Shown: in pieces, positions 9,883 through 21,264 of the stretch
Numbering within the stretch: position 1 is the first letter of the stretch
Layout: every line of letters begins with the position of its first letter
Source of the DNA: Candidatus Saccharimonadota bacterium
GTDB lineage: Bacteria > Bacteroidota > Bacteroidia > Flavobacteriales > Blattabacteriaceae
Direction of reading: 5' to 3'
Assembly: GCF_033372575.1 (NCBI RefSeq)
Contig: NZ_CP104094.1
Coordinates: 1 to 32,000, forward strand
DNA length: 32,000 nt
Made by a program: the position numbers and the translations under genes
Notes under the pieces: model-generated
The model's database searches: none
The model's input: the letters and a program-made list of their open reading frames with translations, nothing else
Told to the model about the DNA's origin: nothing

Positions 9883-10383
9883 ATTAAGTTTAGTTTTAAT
9901 TATTAAAATATGACAAATAACTATACTTAAACTATCTATATAATCATATGATTTATTATAATTTAATTTTTTATTTAATATATTTTCTAAAATTAGTTTA
10001 ATATTCTGTTTACTACAATTACCATTACCTGAAATTATATATTTAATAGTTTTAGGAGAATATTCAATAAAAGGAATATTATAATAAATAAATAATATTA
10101 AAATAGTTGTATGTAATTTAATTAAATTTATCATAGTTTTAACATTATTTCCTAAAAATATTGATTCAATAACTAATAAAGTAGGTTTATATAATAAAAT
10201 AATTTTTTTAATTTTTAAATAAATAGTAATTAATTTTAAATATATATTATTAATGGAATTAATTTTTATTTCTTTTAATAAATGTATATAAATTTTATTA
10301 TTATTATATTCTATTACTGATAAACCTATATTATTAATTCCAGGATCTATACCAATAATGATATTTTTTTTATTAATATTCAT
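9874..10383 (-). CDS. ruvC: Crossover junction endodeoxyribonuclease RuvC
   Basis: 169-aa ORF. N-terminal IIGIDPG motif, with acidic residues at expected positions (VIESIF, DYIDS). The 3' end overlaps the leuS 3' end by 9 nt. Confidence 0.8.
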   Translation of the reverse strand: MNINKKNIIIGIDPGINNIGLSVIEYNNNKIYIHLLKEIKINSINNIYLKLITIYLKIKKIILLYKPTLLVIESIFLGNNVKTMINLIKLHTTILILFIYYNIPFIEYSPKTIKYIISGNGNCSKQNIKLILENILNKKLNYNKSYDYIDSLSIVICHILIIKTKLNLK

Positions 10384-10407
10384 TATTATAATTATTAAAT
10401 TTAATTT

Positions 10408-12867
10408 ATGAATATTATTAAAAGATACAAAAATTATATAAAGAAAGAAAAGATAAAAAGAATTAATAATATAAATAAAATTAATAATAATAAAATTAAT
10501 AATATATATGATATATTATCTATTAATAATAATGTATTATTGCCAGGATTATTATTAATGATTAACATAAAAAATAAAAATATAGTTAATAAAATAAGAA
10601 ACTTATATAAAAATAAACAATTAATAGGAATAATTACAGTTAAAAAAAAAATTAATAAAACTTTAAAATTAAATAAAAATTTTTTTTTAGATTTTAAAAA
10701 TAAATTTTATATTAATAATAATTTTAAAAATATTAATATATATAATATAGGAACAATAGGAAAAATATTAAAAATAATAAATATTAAAAAAAATATAATA
10801 TTAATAGTAAAAGGAAAATATAGATTTAAAATAATTAATAAATTATCAAATAATAATAATAAGTATTTTAAAGCAAAAATAAAAAGAATTAAATATAATA
10901 ATATTAATAATAAAAAATCATTAATATATTTTGACTTAATAAAAAATTTAACTATAAAAATAATTAAATATAATGATTATTTAAATAATAATTTAATAAA
11001 TAATATATTAGAAACAAAATGTATATTAGAATTAATAAATATTATAAATGTTAATTTTAAATTTAATTATATTTATAAACAAATTTTATTAGAAGAAAAT
11101 AATATAATAAAAAAATTATATATACTATTAATAATTTTAAAATTAGAATATAAAAAAGTTTTATATTATAAAAAGATAAAAGATAAAATAAATAAAAAAA
11201 TAAAAAAATTTAAATTAAAATATAATCCTAATTCTAATATTATTCATGAAATCTTTAATGTTAAGGAAGATAAGTTATTAATATCATTATTTAAATTATA
11301 TAAAAAAAAAAAAAAATTATCTAAAAAAGTTAAAAAACATTTTAAAACTGAATTTTCAAATATAAAAAAAATAAATAATCAATTACCAGAATATAACGTA
11401 AATATTAAATATTTAAATTATCTTATTAATTTACCATGGAATAAATATACAAAAGATAATTATGATTTAAAAAGAGCTAAAAAATTATTAGATAATAATC
11501 ATTATGGATTAAAAGAAATAAAAAATAGAATATTAGAATATTTAGCAGTTTATAAATTAAATAAAGGTAATGTAAAATCTCCTATTATATGTTTATATGG
11601 TCCTCCAGGCGTTGGTAAAACTTCATTAGGAATATCTATTGCTAAAGCATTAAATAGAAAATATGTAAGAATATCATTAGCAGGTTTACATGATGAAGCA
11701 GAATTAAGAGGACATAGAAAAACTTATATAGGTGCAATGCCAGGAAGAATATTACAAAATATAAAAAAAGCTAAAAGTTCAAATCCAGTATTTGTTTTAG
11801 ATGAAATAGATAAAATAAGTATAGGATATAATGGAGATGCTTCATCAGCTATGTTAGAAATATTAGATCCAGAACAAAATAAAAATTTTTATGATAATTA
11901 TTTAGAAATTGGATATGATTTATCAAAAACATTATTTATTGCTACTGCAAATAATATTAATAATATAAATGATGCTTTATTAGATAGAATGGAAATAATT
12001 AATATAAATGGATATATAGTAGAAGAAAAAATAAATATAGCTAAAAATTTTATAATCCCACAACTAATAAAAAATAATGGCATTAACAGAATAAACAAGA
12101 ATATTAAAATAGAAGAAAAAATATTAAAAAATATAATTTTAAATTATACTTACGAAGGTGGAATAAGAAAATTAAAAGAATGTATAGAAAAAATAATTAG
12201 AAATATAGCAAAAAATATAGTAATGAAAAAAAAAATTATATATAAAATAAATAATAAATTAGTAACTAAAATATTAGGTAATTCTAAGATACATAATAAT
12301 TATGAAATTATTAATATACCAGGGGTATGTGTCGGATTAGCATGGACTAAATATGGCGGAGAAATTATATATATAGAAACTAATATAATGAAAGGAAAAG
12401 GAGAATTAAGTATTACTGGTAATGTAGGAAAAATAATGAAAGAATCAGTTATAATTTCTATGAAATATATAAAAGCTAATTATAAAAAATATAATATTAA
12501 TTACAAATTATTAATTAATTATGATATTCATTTACATATCCCAGAAGGTTCAATTCATAAAGATGGACCATCAGCAGGAGTAACAATTTTTACATCATTG
12601 GTATCAATATTAACTAATAAAAAAATAAAACCTTATACTGCAATGACAGGAGAAATAACATTAAGTGGTAAAATATTAGCCGTTGGGGGAATTAAAGATA
12701 AAATATTAGGGGCTAAAAGATCATTAATAAAATACATAATTTTACCTAAAAAAAATATAAATGATGTAAAAGAAATTAATAAAAATTTATTAAAAAATAT
12801 AAAAATCTATTATATAGATAAGTTAGATGATATAATAAAAATAGCCTTATTAAATAATAATAATTAA
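10408..12867 (+). CDS. lon: ATP-dependent Lon protease
   Basis: 819-aa ORF. Walker A GPPGVGKTS, LonA block ELRGHRKTYIGAMPGRI, protease Ser motif DGPSAGVT. The N-terminal third is very low-complexity. Confidence 0.95.
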   Translation: MNIIKRYKNYIKKEKIKRINNINKINNNKINNIYDILSINNNVLLPGLLLMINIKNKNIVNKIRNLYKNKQLIGIITVKKKINKTLKLNKNFFLDFKNKFYINNNFKNINIYNIGTIGKILKIINIKKNIILIVKGKYRFKIINKLSNNNNKYFKAKIKRIKYNNINNKKSLIYFDLIKNLTIKIIKYNDYLNNNLINNILETKCILELINIINVNFKFNYIYKQILLEENNIIKKLYILLIILKLEYKKVLYYKKIKDKINKKIKKFKLKYNPNSNIIHEIFNVKEDKLLISLFKLYKKKKKLSKKVKKHFKTEFSNIKKINNQLPEYNVNIKYLNYLINLPWNKYTKDNYDLKRAKKLLDNNHYGLKEIKNRILEYLAVYKLNKGNVKSPIICLYGPPGVGKTSLGISIAKALNRKYVRISLAGLHDEAELRGHRKTYIGAMPGRILQNIKKAKSSNPVFVLDEIDKISIGYNGDASSAMLEILDPEQNKNFYDNYLEIGYDLSKTLFIATANNINNINDALLDRMEIININGYIVEEKINIAKNFIIPQLIKNNGINRINKNIKIEEKILKNIILNYTYEGGIRKLKECIEKIIRNIAKNIVMKKKIIYKINNKLVTKILGNSKIHNNYEIINIPGVCVGLAWTKYGGEIIYIETNIMKGKGELSITGNVGKIMKESVIISMKYIKANYKKYNINYKLLINYDIHLHIPEGSIHKDGPSAGVTIFTSLVSILTNKKIKPYTAMTGEITLSGKILAVGGIKDKILGAKRSLIKYIILPKKNINDVKEINKNLLKNIKIYYIDKLDDIIKIALLNNNN

Positions 12868-14534
12868 TGAGGTATATAATAACTGCTGCATTTCCTTATA
12901 CTAATGGTTATATACATATAGGACATATGTCAGGGATATATATACCAAGTGATATATATTATAGATATTTAAGATTAAATAATAAAAAAAAAGTAATATA
13001 TATTTCAGGATCTGATGAACATGGATCATCAATTTTAATAAAATCATTAAATGAAAAAAAAAATATTAAAAATATAATAAATAAATATCATAATTATAAT
13101 AAAAAATATTTAAAAATATTTAATATAAAATTAAATAACTACTATAGAACTACAAAAAAAAAACATCATAATTTAGTAAAAAAAATATTTAAAAAATTAT
13201 TAGTTAAAAAAAAGTTAAAAAAAAAAACAAGTTATGAATATTATGATAAATATTACAAACAATATTTATCGGATAGATATGTAATAGGAATATGCCCTTA
13301 TTGTAATAATAAAAATTCTTATTCTGATCAATGTGAAAAATGTGGAAATATAATAAAAGAAGGAAAATTATTAAAACCTATATCTATATTAAGTAAAAAA
13401 AAACCAATTTTAAAAAAAACTATTAATTATTTTATAAAAATTAAAGATAATAAAAAATTAATAAATAATTACTTAAATCATTTAATTAATAACAAATATA
13501 ATAAAATAAATGTAATTAATAATATAAAATATTATTTAAAAAGTTTAAAAAATAGATCAATTACAAGAGATTTAAAATGGGGAGTAAAATTACCAATTAA
13601 AAAATATAAAAATAAAGTAATATATGTATGGTTTGATGCATTAATAGGATATTTATCTTCTAGTATAGAATATTGTGAAAAAAAAAAAATAAAATGGTAT
13701 AAATATTGGAAAAATAATAATACTAGATTAATAACATTTATAGGAAAAGATAATATTTATTTTCATAGTATTTTATTACCGATAATATATAAAAATTATA
13801 ATAAGAAATTGATAATTCCTAATTATATACAATCAAATAATTTTTTAAAATTAGAAGGTAAAAAAATATCTACCTCTAATAATTGGACAATAAATTTACA
13901 TGAAATATTAACTATTTTACCTAATATGCAAGATACAATAAGATATGCATTAATTATGGATATGCCAGAAAATAAAGATACAAATTTTACATTAAAAAAT
14001 TTAAGATTATATAATAATTCAATATTAATAGGAATATTAGGTAATTTTATCAATAGATCAATAGTATTATTAAACAAAAAAAGTAATGGAATTATTTTAA
14101 AACCATTAAATATAAAAAAAAAAGATAAAAAAATATTAAAATTAATTAATAAATATCCAATTAAAATTTATAAATTAATTAAACAATTTAAATTTAAGGA
14201 TTCAATATGTAAATTTATTAATTTATCAAGAATTGGTAATAAATATATATCTTATAAAAAACCATGGAATATAAAAGAAAAAAAAAAGGTTAATTATATA
14301 ATGTATATAGTATTTAAAATTATTATAATGATTAGTTATTTATCATATATATATTTACCTAATACAAATAAAAAATTATTAAATATTTTAAACTTAAAAA
14401 GAAAAGATATAAATAATATAATATTAAATAAAAAAGAATTAAATAATCATAAAATTAATAAAAATAAAATTATATTTAATAAAATTTATAAAAATGATAT
14501 TAATAAAATAAAAAATATTTTAAATAATAGATGA
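12867..14534 (+). CDS. metG: Methionine--tRNA ligase
   Basis: 555-aa ORF. HIGH motif (YIHIGH), zinc knuckle CPYCNN...CEKCG, KMSKS-position motif KISTS. The ATG overlaps the lon stop (TAATG). Confidence 0.93.
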   Translation: MRYIITAAFPYTNGYIHIGHMSGIYIPSDIYYRYLRLNNKKKVIYISGSDEHGSSILIKSLNEKKNIKNIINKYHNYNKKYLKIFNIKLNNYYRTTKKKHHNLVKKIFKKLLVKKKLKKKTSYEYYDKYYKQYLSDRYVIGICPYCNNKNSYSDQCEKCGNIIKEGKLLKPISILSKKKPILKKTINYFIKIKDNKKLINNYLNHLINNKYNKINVINNIKYYLKSLKNRSITRDLKWGVKLPIKKYKNKVIYVWFDALIGYLSSSIEYCEKKKIKWYKYWKNNNTRLITFIGKDNIYFHSILLPIIYKNYNKKLIIPNYIQSNNFLKLEGKKISTSNNWTINLHEILTILPNMQDTIRYALIMDMPENKDTNFTLKNLRLYNNSILIGILGNFINRSIVLLNKKSNGIILKPLNIKKKDKKILKLINKYPIKIYKLIKQFKFKDSICKFINLSRIGNKYISYKKPWNIKEKKKVNYIMYIVFKIIIMISYLSYIYLPNTNKKLLNILNLKRKDINNIILNKKELNNHKINKNKIIFNKIYKNDINKIKNILNNR

Positions 14535-15289
14535 AAATAAAAAAATATTATAGTCAAAATTATTTAATTAATAACTATTATATAATAAAAATAATTAATA
14601 TATTAAAAAAAAGTAATATTAATTATGATTGTATATTAGAAATAGGTGCAGGAATAGGAAATTTAAGTAAGGAAATTATTAAAATAAAAAAAAAAAAAAT
14701 TATATTAATAGAAATTGATAAAACATTAATTAATATATTAAAAAAAAAGTTTAAAAAATATAAAATAATTAATAAAAATATTTTAAATTGTAATTTAAAA
14801 AAATTAGGTTATAAAAAATATTATATAATTGGTAATTTTCCATATAATATATCAAGTAAATTAATATTATGGATAATAAAGAATAAAAAATATATAGTTG
14901 AATGTATTGGTATGTTTCAAAAAGAATTTGTAAATAGTATATTAAGTCTTAATAAGAAATTTAAAACTAAATTATCAATTAACATTAATTTATATTTTAA
15001 AGTAATTAAATTATTTAATATAAATAATAAAAATTTTTTTCCTATTCCAAAAGTAAATTCAACAGTAATTAAGTTAAAAAAAAAAAAAACAAATTTATTA
15101 AAAATAAATAATATAAAATATAAAAAATTTATTTTATTTATAAAAGAATGTTTTAAATATAAAAGAAAAATAATAAAAAATTCATTATTTAATTATTTAA
15201 AAAATAAAAAAAATAATAAATTGTTTTTTAAAAGAATAGAAGAATTAAATATATATGAAATAATAAAATTATATAAAATAATAAATTAA
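14531..15289 (+). CDS. rsmA: 16S rRNA (adenine1518/1519-N6)-dimethyltransferase
   Basis: 252-aa ORF. SAM-binding LEIGAGIGNLS and GNFPYNISS motifs typical of KsgA/RsmA. ATGA overlap with metG. Confidence 0.8.
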   Translation: MKIKKYYSQNYLINNYYIIKIINILKKSNINYDCILEIGAGIGNLSKEIIKIKKKKIILIEIDKTLINILKKKFKKYKIINKNILNCNLKKLGYKKYYIIGNFPYNISSKLILWIIKNKKYIVECIGMFQKEFVNSILSLNKKFKTKLSININLYFKVIKLFNINNKNFFPIPKVNSTVIKLKKKKTNLLKINNIKYKKFILFIKECFKYKRKIIKNSLFNYLKNKKNNKLFFKRIEELNIYEIIKLYKIIN

Positions 15290-15302
15290 TATAATATAAA
15301 TA

Positions 15303-16706
15303 ATGAAAATTAAAAATAATATATATAAATATGGATTTTATACAAATATAAAATCTAATACGTTATCAATAGGTATAAATAAAAAAATAATTAAAAAAAT
15401 ATCAAAATTAAAAAATGAACCAAAATGGATGACAAAATGGAGATTAAAATCTTTTAAGTATTGGAAAAAATTAAAATATCCTAAATGGTCAAACTTAAAT
15501 TATAAAAAAATTAATTTTAATTTAATTAGTTATTTTTCAGAAATTGTAAAAAAAAATAATAAATTAGATAAAAAAATAATAAAAACTTTTGAAAAATTAG
15601 GAGTTCCTATAAAAAATAATAAAAAAAATAAAAAAGTATCAATTGATTTTATTTTTGATTCTACTAGTATTACTACAACTTATAAAAAAATATTGAATAA
15701 ATATGGTATCATATTTTGTTCAATAAATGAAGCAATAACTAAATATAGTAATTTAATAAAAAAATATATGGGTACTGTAGTATCTTATAAAGATAATTAT
15801 TATGCCTCATTAAATTCAGCAGTTTTTTCAGATGGTTCTTTTTGTTATATTCCAAAAGGAGTAAAATGTCCAATTGATTTATCAACATATTTTAGAATAA
15901 ATAATAGTTTAATTGGTCAATTTGAAAGAACATTAATAATAGTTGATGAAGGTGGATCAGTAAGTTATTTAGAAGGTTGTACAGCCCCAATAAGAAAAAA
16001 AAATCAATTACATGGAGCAGTAGTAGAATTAATAGCATTAAAAAATGCAAACATTAAATATTCAACAGTACAAAATTGGTATCCTGGTAATAAAAAAGGA
16101 AAAGGGGGAATATATAATTTTGTTACTAAAAGAGGAATATGCAATAAAAATTCAAAAATTACATGGATACAGTTAGAAACTGGTTCATTATTAACTTGGA
16201 AATATCCATCATGTATTTTAAAAGGAGATAATTCAATTGGCGAATTTAGATCAGTTTCATTAACTAAAAATTATCAACAAATAGATACAGGAACTAAAAT
16301 GATACATATAGGAAAAAATACAAAAAGTATAATAATATCTAAAAGTATATGTATGGATAAATCAATTAATACATATAGAGGATTAGTAAAGATAAATAAG
16401 AATTCTAAAAATTCTAATAATTATACTCAATGTGATTCATTATTAATAGGTAATAAATGTAGTACTCATACTTTACCTTATATAATATCTACTAATTCTT
16501 CAGCTAAAATAGAACATGAATCAACGATATCTAATATAGAAGAAGAACAAATCTATTATTGTAATCAAAGAGGAATAAATAATGAAAATGCAATGTCAAT
16601 AATAGTAAATGGTTTTAGTATGGAAATAATTAAAGAATTACCTTTAGAATTTGCATTAGAAGCTAAAGAATTATTAAATATAAAATTAAAGAATACTGTA
16701 GGATAA
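15303..16706 (+). CDS. sufB: Fe-S cluster assembly protein SufB
   Basis: 467-aa ORF with SufB blocks (FERTLIIVDEGGSVSYLEGCTAP, YSTVQNWY, NFVTKRG). Confidence 0.95.
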   Translation: MKIKNNIYKYGFYTNIKSNTLSIGINKKIIKKISKLKNEPKWMTKWRLKSFKYWKKLKYPKWSNLNYKKINFNLISYFSEIVKKNNKLDKKIIKTFEKLGVPIKNNKKNKKVSIDFIFDSTSITTTYKKILNKYGIIFCSINEAITKYSNLIKKYMGTVVSYKDNYYASLNSAVFSDGSFCYIPKGVKCPIDLSTYFRINNSLIGQFERTLIIVDEGGSVSYLEGCTAPIRKKNQLHGAVVELIALKNANIKYSTVQNWYPGNKKGKGGIYNFVTKRGICNKNSKITWIQLETGSLLTWKYPSCILKGDNSIGEFRSVSLTKNYQQIDTGTKMIHIGKNTKSIIISKSICMDKSINTYRGLVKINKNSKNSNNYTQCDSLLIGNKCSTHTLPYIISTNSSAKIEHESTISNIEEEQIYYCNQRGINNENAMSIIVNGFSMEIIKELPLEFALEAKELLNIKLKNTVG

Positions 16707-16720
16707 AATAAAATAATATA

Positions 16721-16773
16721 ATATAATAGAATATAATATAATAGAATAGAATAGAATAGAATAGAATAGAATA
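16721..16773. repeat. Pentanucleotide microsatellite (ATAGA)6 with degenerate flanking copies, in the sufB-sufC spacer
   Basis: Six perfect ATAGA units at 16741-16770 plus a partial unit. They are preceded by related ATATAATAGA/ATATAATATA units. Confidence 0.9.
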
Positions 16774-16778
16774 AATAT

Positions 16779-17497
16779 ATGTTAGATATAAATAATTTAT
16801 ATGTAAAAATAAAAAATAATTTAATTATTAAAGGTTTAAATTTAAAAATTAAAAATAATGAAATTCATATCATTATGGGACCAAATGGATCAGGAAAAAG
16901 TACATTATCATATGTAATATCAGGTAAACAAAAATATATAATTGAAAAAGGAAAAATATTATTTAATAATAAATTAATTAATAATTTATCACCTTATGAA
17001 ATATCAAAATTAGGAATTTATTTATCATTTCAATATCCAATAGAAATAAATGGTATAACAATGTATAGTTATTTAAAAACTATATTAAAAAAAAAATATA
17101 ATAATAGAGTAATATTAAAAAAAATATATAAAGTATGTAAAAAATTAAAAATAAATAAAAATTATTTATATCGTTATTTTAATGTAGGTTTTTCAGGTGG
17201 AGAAAAGAAAAAAAATGAAATATTACAAATGTTATTATTAAAACCTAAATTAGTTATATTAGATGAAATTGATTCTGGATTAGATATAGATACATTAAAT
17301 ATAATATTTAAAAATATAAATAAATATAAAAAAAAATATAAATGTTCAATAATAATAATTACACATAATACAAATATTATAAAATATATAAATACTAATT
17401 ATGTGCATATATTATATAATGGAAAAATAATAAAAAGTAGTAATAAGAATATAATAGAAAAAATAGAAAAATATGGATATAAAAAAATAGTAAAACA

Positions 17498-17501
<4 letters not shown>
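16779..17501 (+). CDS. sufC: Fe-S cluster assembly ATPase SufC
   Basis: 240-aa ORF. Walker A GPNGSGKST, ABC signature FSGGEKKK, Walker B LVILDEIDSGLD. Confidence 0.95.
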
Positions 17502-19008
<1,507 letters not shown>

Positions 19009-19009
19009 A

Positions 19010-20233
19010 ATGTTTAATAAAAAAGAAATTAAATTAATAAGAAAAGAATTTCCTATATTAAAAAAAATTATAAATGGCTATAAATTAATATATTTCGATA
19101 ATTCTTCAACTACACAAAAACCTAAAATTCTAATAGATAAAATAAAATATTATTATTATAATTATAATTCTAATCTTTATAGATATAATAATTATTTAAG
19201 TGTAAAATCTACAATATATGTAGATGAATGTAGAAAAACAATTAAAAAATTAATTAATGCTAATAGTTATAAAGAAATAATATTTACTAAAAGTACTACC
19301 GAATCAATTAATTTATTATCAGTATGTTTAAAAAATATTAATAAAAAAAATGATGAAATTATTATCTCTCAATTAGAACATCATTCAAATCTAATTCCAT
19401 GGCAAATATTATGTAAAAAAAAAAAACTTAAATTAAAAATATTAAAAATTAATGAAAAATATAATATATCTTTAAAATACTTGAAATATAAATTATCTAA
19501 AAAAACTAAAATTGTTTCTATTACTCATATATCAAATGTATTTGGTACTATTTTACCTATAAAAAAAATAGTAGAAATAATAAAAAATTATAATAGAAAC
19601 ATATTAATTATTTTAGATTGTGCTCAATCAATTGCTCATATCCCTATAGATGTACAAAAATTAAATGTAGATATTTTAGTATTTTCTAGTCATAAAATAT
19701 ATGGTCCTACAGGATTAGGAATATTATATTGTAAAGAAGAAATATTAAATAAATTAATACCATATCAATATGGAGGAGGAATGATAAAAGAAGTAAGATA
19801 TAAGAATACTATATATGAGAATGGATATAAACAATTAGAAGCAGGAACAATAAATATAGCTTCAATATATAGTTTTATGTATGTAATAAAATATTTAAAT
19901 AAAATAAAAATTTATAACATTAATATATATGAAAATAAATTAATTAATTATTTGAAAAAATTATTATTAAAAAATAAAAAAATTATTTTATATGGAAAAG
20001 ATAATATTAATTCATCATCAATATTGTCATTTAATATAAAAAATAAAAATAATTATGATATTGGATTATTATTAAATAACTATGGTATACAAGTAAGAAT
20101 AGGAAATCAATGTGCAGAACCATTAATGAAATATTTAAAATTAAATGGTACAATAAGAGTAAGTTTAGGATTATATAATAATAAAGAAGAAATAGATAAA
20201 TTTTATTATTATTTAAATAAAATAATAAAATAA
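19010..20233 (+). CDS. sufS: Cysteine desulfurase SufS
   Basis: 407-aa ORF. PLP-lysine motif SSHKIYGPTGLG and catalytic Cys loop RIGNQCAEP (canonical R.GHHCA.P). Follows sufD. Confidence 0.92.
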   Translation: MFNKKEIKLIRKEFPILKKIINGYKLIYFDNSSTTQKPKILIDKIKYYYYNYNSNLYRYNNYLSVKSTIYVDECRKTIKKLINANSYKEIIFTKSTTESINLLSVCLKNINKKNDEIIISQLEHHSNLIPWQILCKKKKLKLKILKINEKYNISLKYLKYKLSKKTKIVSITHISNVFGTILPIKKIVEIIKNYNRNILIILDCAQSIAHIPIDVQKLNVDILVFSSHKIYGPTGLGILYCKEEILNKLIPYQYGGGMIKEVRYKNTIYENGYKQLEAGTINIASIYSFMYVIKYLNKIKIYNINIYENKLINYLKKLLLKNKKIILYGKDNINSSSILSFNIKNKNNYDIGLLLNNYGIQVRIGNQCAEPLMKYLKLNGTIRVSLGLYNNKEEIDKFYYYLNKIIK

Positions 20234-20249
20234 TATTAATATAATTACA

Positions 20250-20468
20250 TTATTTAATATTTAATAGTTTAATAATAAAATTAATACCTTTTTTTTTAAT
20301 TAATCTAATAGCTGAAGTAGATAGTTTAAGTTTTATCCATTTGTTATTAATAAAAAATTTTTTATTAAAAAAATTAATTTTAAACCATCTTTTAGTTTTA
20401 ATATTTGAATGAGATATTTTATTACCTTTAATTGGACGTTTATTAGTAATTTTACATATTTTTGACAT
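20250..20468 (-). CDS. rpmB: 50S ribosomal protein L28
   Basis: 72-aa ORF. MSKICKITNKRPIKGNKISHSNIKTKR matches the L28 N-terminal consensus (MSR.C.LTGK....GN.VSH...KTKR). Confidence 0.85.
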   Translation of the reverse strand: MSKICKITNKRPIKGNKISHSNIKTKRWFKINFFNKKFFINNKWIKLKLSTSAIRLIKKKGINFIIKLLNIK

Positions 20469-20515
20469 AAAAAAAAAAAATATTAATAAATAAAATAATT
20501 CAATAAATAATAAAA

Positions 20516-21025
20516 ATGGAATATAATACTAAAAAAAGTAAAATAATATTTCCTCAATATGGAAGAAATATACAAAAATTAATAGAAGATACGTTAAAGA
20601 AATTAAAAAATACAAATAGAATAAGTCAATATATATATATATTAAAAATAATGAAAAATAAAAAAATTATAAGTAATATAAATATATATAAACGTATATT
20701 ATGGGATCAATTATATTTATTAACTAATAAAAAATTAAAAAAAAAAGAATATCCATTTAAAAATAAAAAACCTATTTATTATTTAAAAAAAAAAAAAATT
20801 AAAAAATTAGATTATCCTAAAAATGGAAATGAATATAAATATTACGGAAAAATAATACCAAAATTAATAAAAAGTATTAAAAAAATAAAAAATAAATATA
20901 AATATAAATATTATATAGCCAATAAAATGAAAATTAATTATATTAAATGGAATAATAAAAAAAATATTAAATATAGTAATATATTAAATGATATAGAATT
21001 AATTTCAAAATTGAAAAAAAAATAA
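20516..21025 (+). CDS. Conserved Bacteroidota protein of unknown function (DUF4290-like)
   Basis: 169-aa ORF. The N-terminus MEYNTKKSKIIFPQYGRNIQKLIE ... ILWDQLYLLT resembles my recollection of DUF4290 proteins (M.YNT...L..PEYGRN.QKM...LWDHL). Recalled, not searched. Confidence 0.5.
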   Translation: MEYNTKKSKIIFPQYGRNIQKLIEDTLKKLKNTNRISQYIYILKIMKNKKIISNINIYKRILWDQLYLLTNKKLKKKEYPFKNKKPIYYLKKKKIKKLDYPKNGNEYKYYGKIIPKLIKSIKKIKNKYKYKYYIANKMKINYIKWNNKKNIKYSNILNDIELISKLKKK

Positions 21026-21041
21026 TTAATAGTTAATAATA

Positions 21042-21161
21042 AAAATTAATTATAATAAAATTAATTATAATAAAATTAATTATAATAAAATTAATTATAA
21101 TAAAATTAATTATAATAAAATTAATTATAATAAAATTAATTATAATAAAATTAAATTATAG
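21042..21161. repeat. 15-bp tandem repeat AAAATTAATTATAAT: 7 perfect copies plus 1 degenerate
   Basis: Perfect units start at 21042, 21057, 21072, 21087, 21102, 21117 and 21132, with a degenerate 8th at 21147. Intergenic, upstream of tRNA-Val. Confidence 0.95.
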
Positions 21162-21178
21162 AAATATAATTTCTAAAA

Positions 21179-21253
21179 AGGTGGTTAGCTCAGTTGGTTT
21201 AGAGCGTTTGCCTTACAAGCAAAAGGTCACTAGTTCGAATCTAGTACCACCTA
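21179..21253 (+). tRNA. trnV: tRNA-Val (anticodon UAC)
   Basis: Acceptor AGGTGGT/ACCACCT, D-arm GCTC..GAGC, anticodon arm TTTGC-CTTACAA-GCAAA, T-arm ACTAG-TTCGAAT-CTAGT. No encoded CCA. Confidence 0.9.
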
Positions 21254-21264
21254 TATAAAAAAAA

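Noticed and set aside
21042-21161. Possible CRISPR array
   Set aside because: The 15-bp units are directly abutting with no unique spacers, the unit is far too short, and there are no cas genes in the window. It is a simple tandem repeat.
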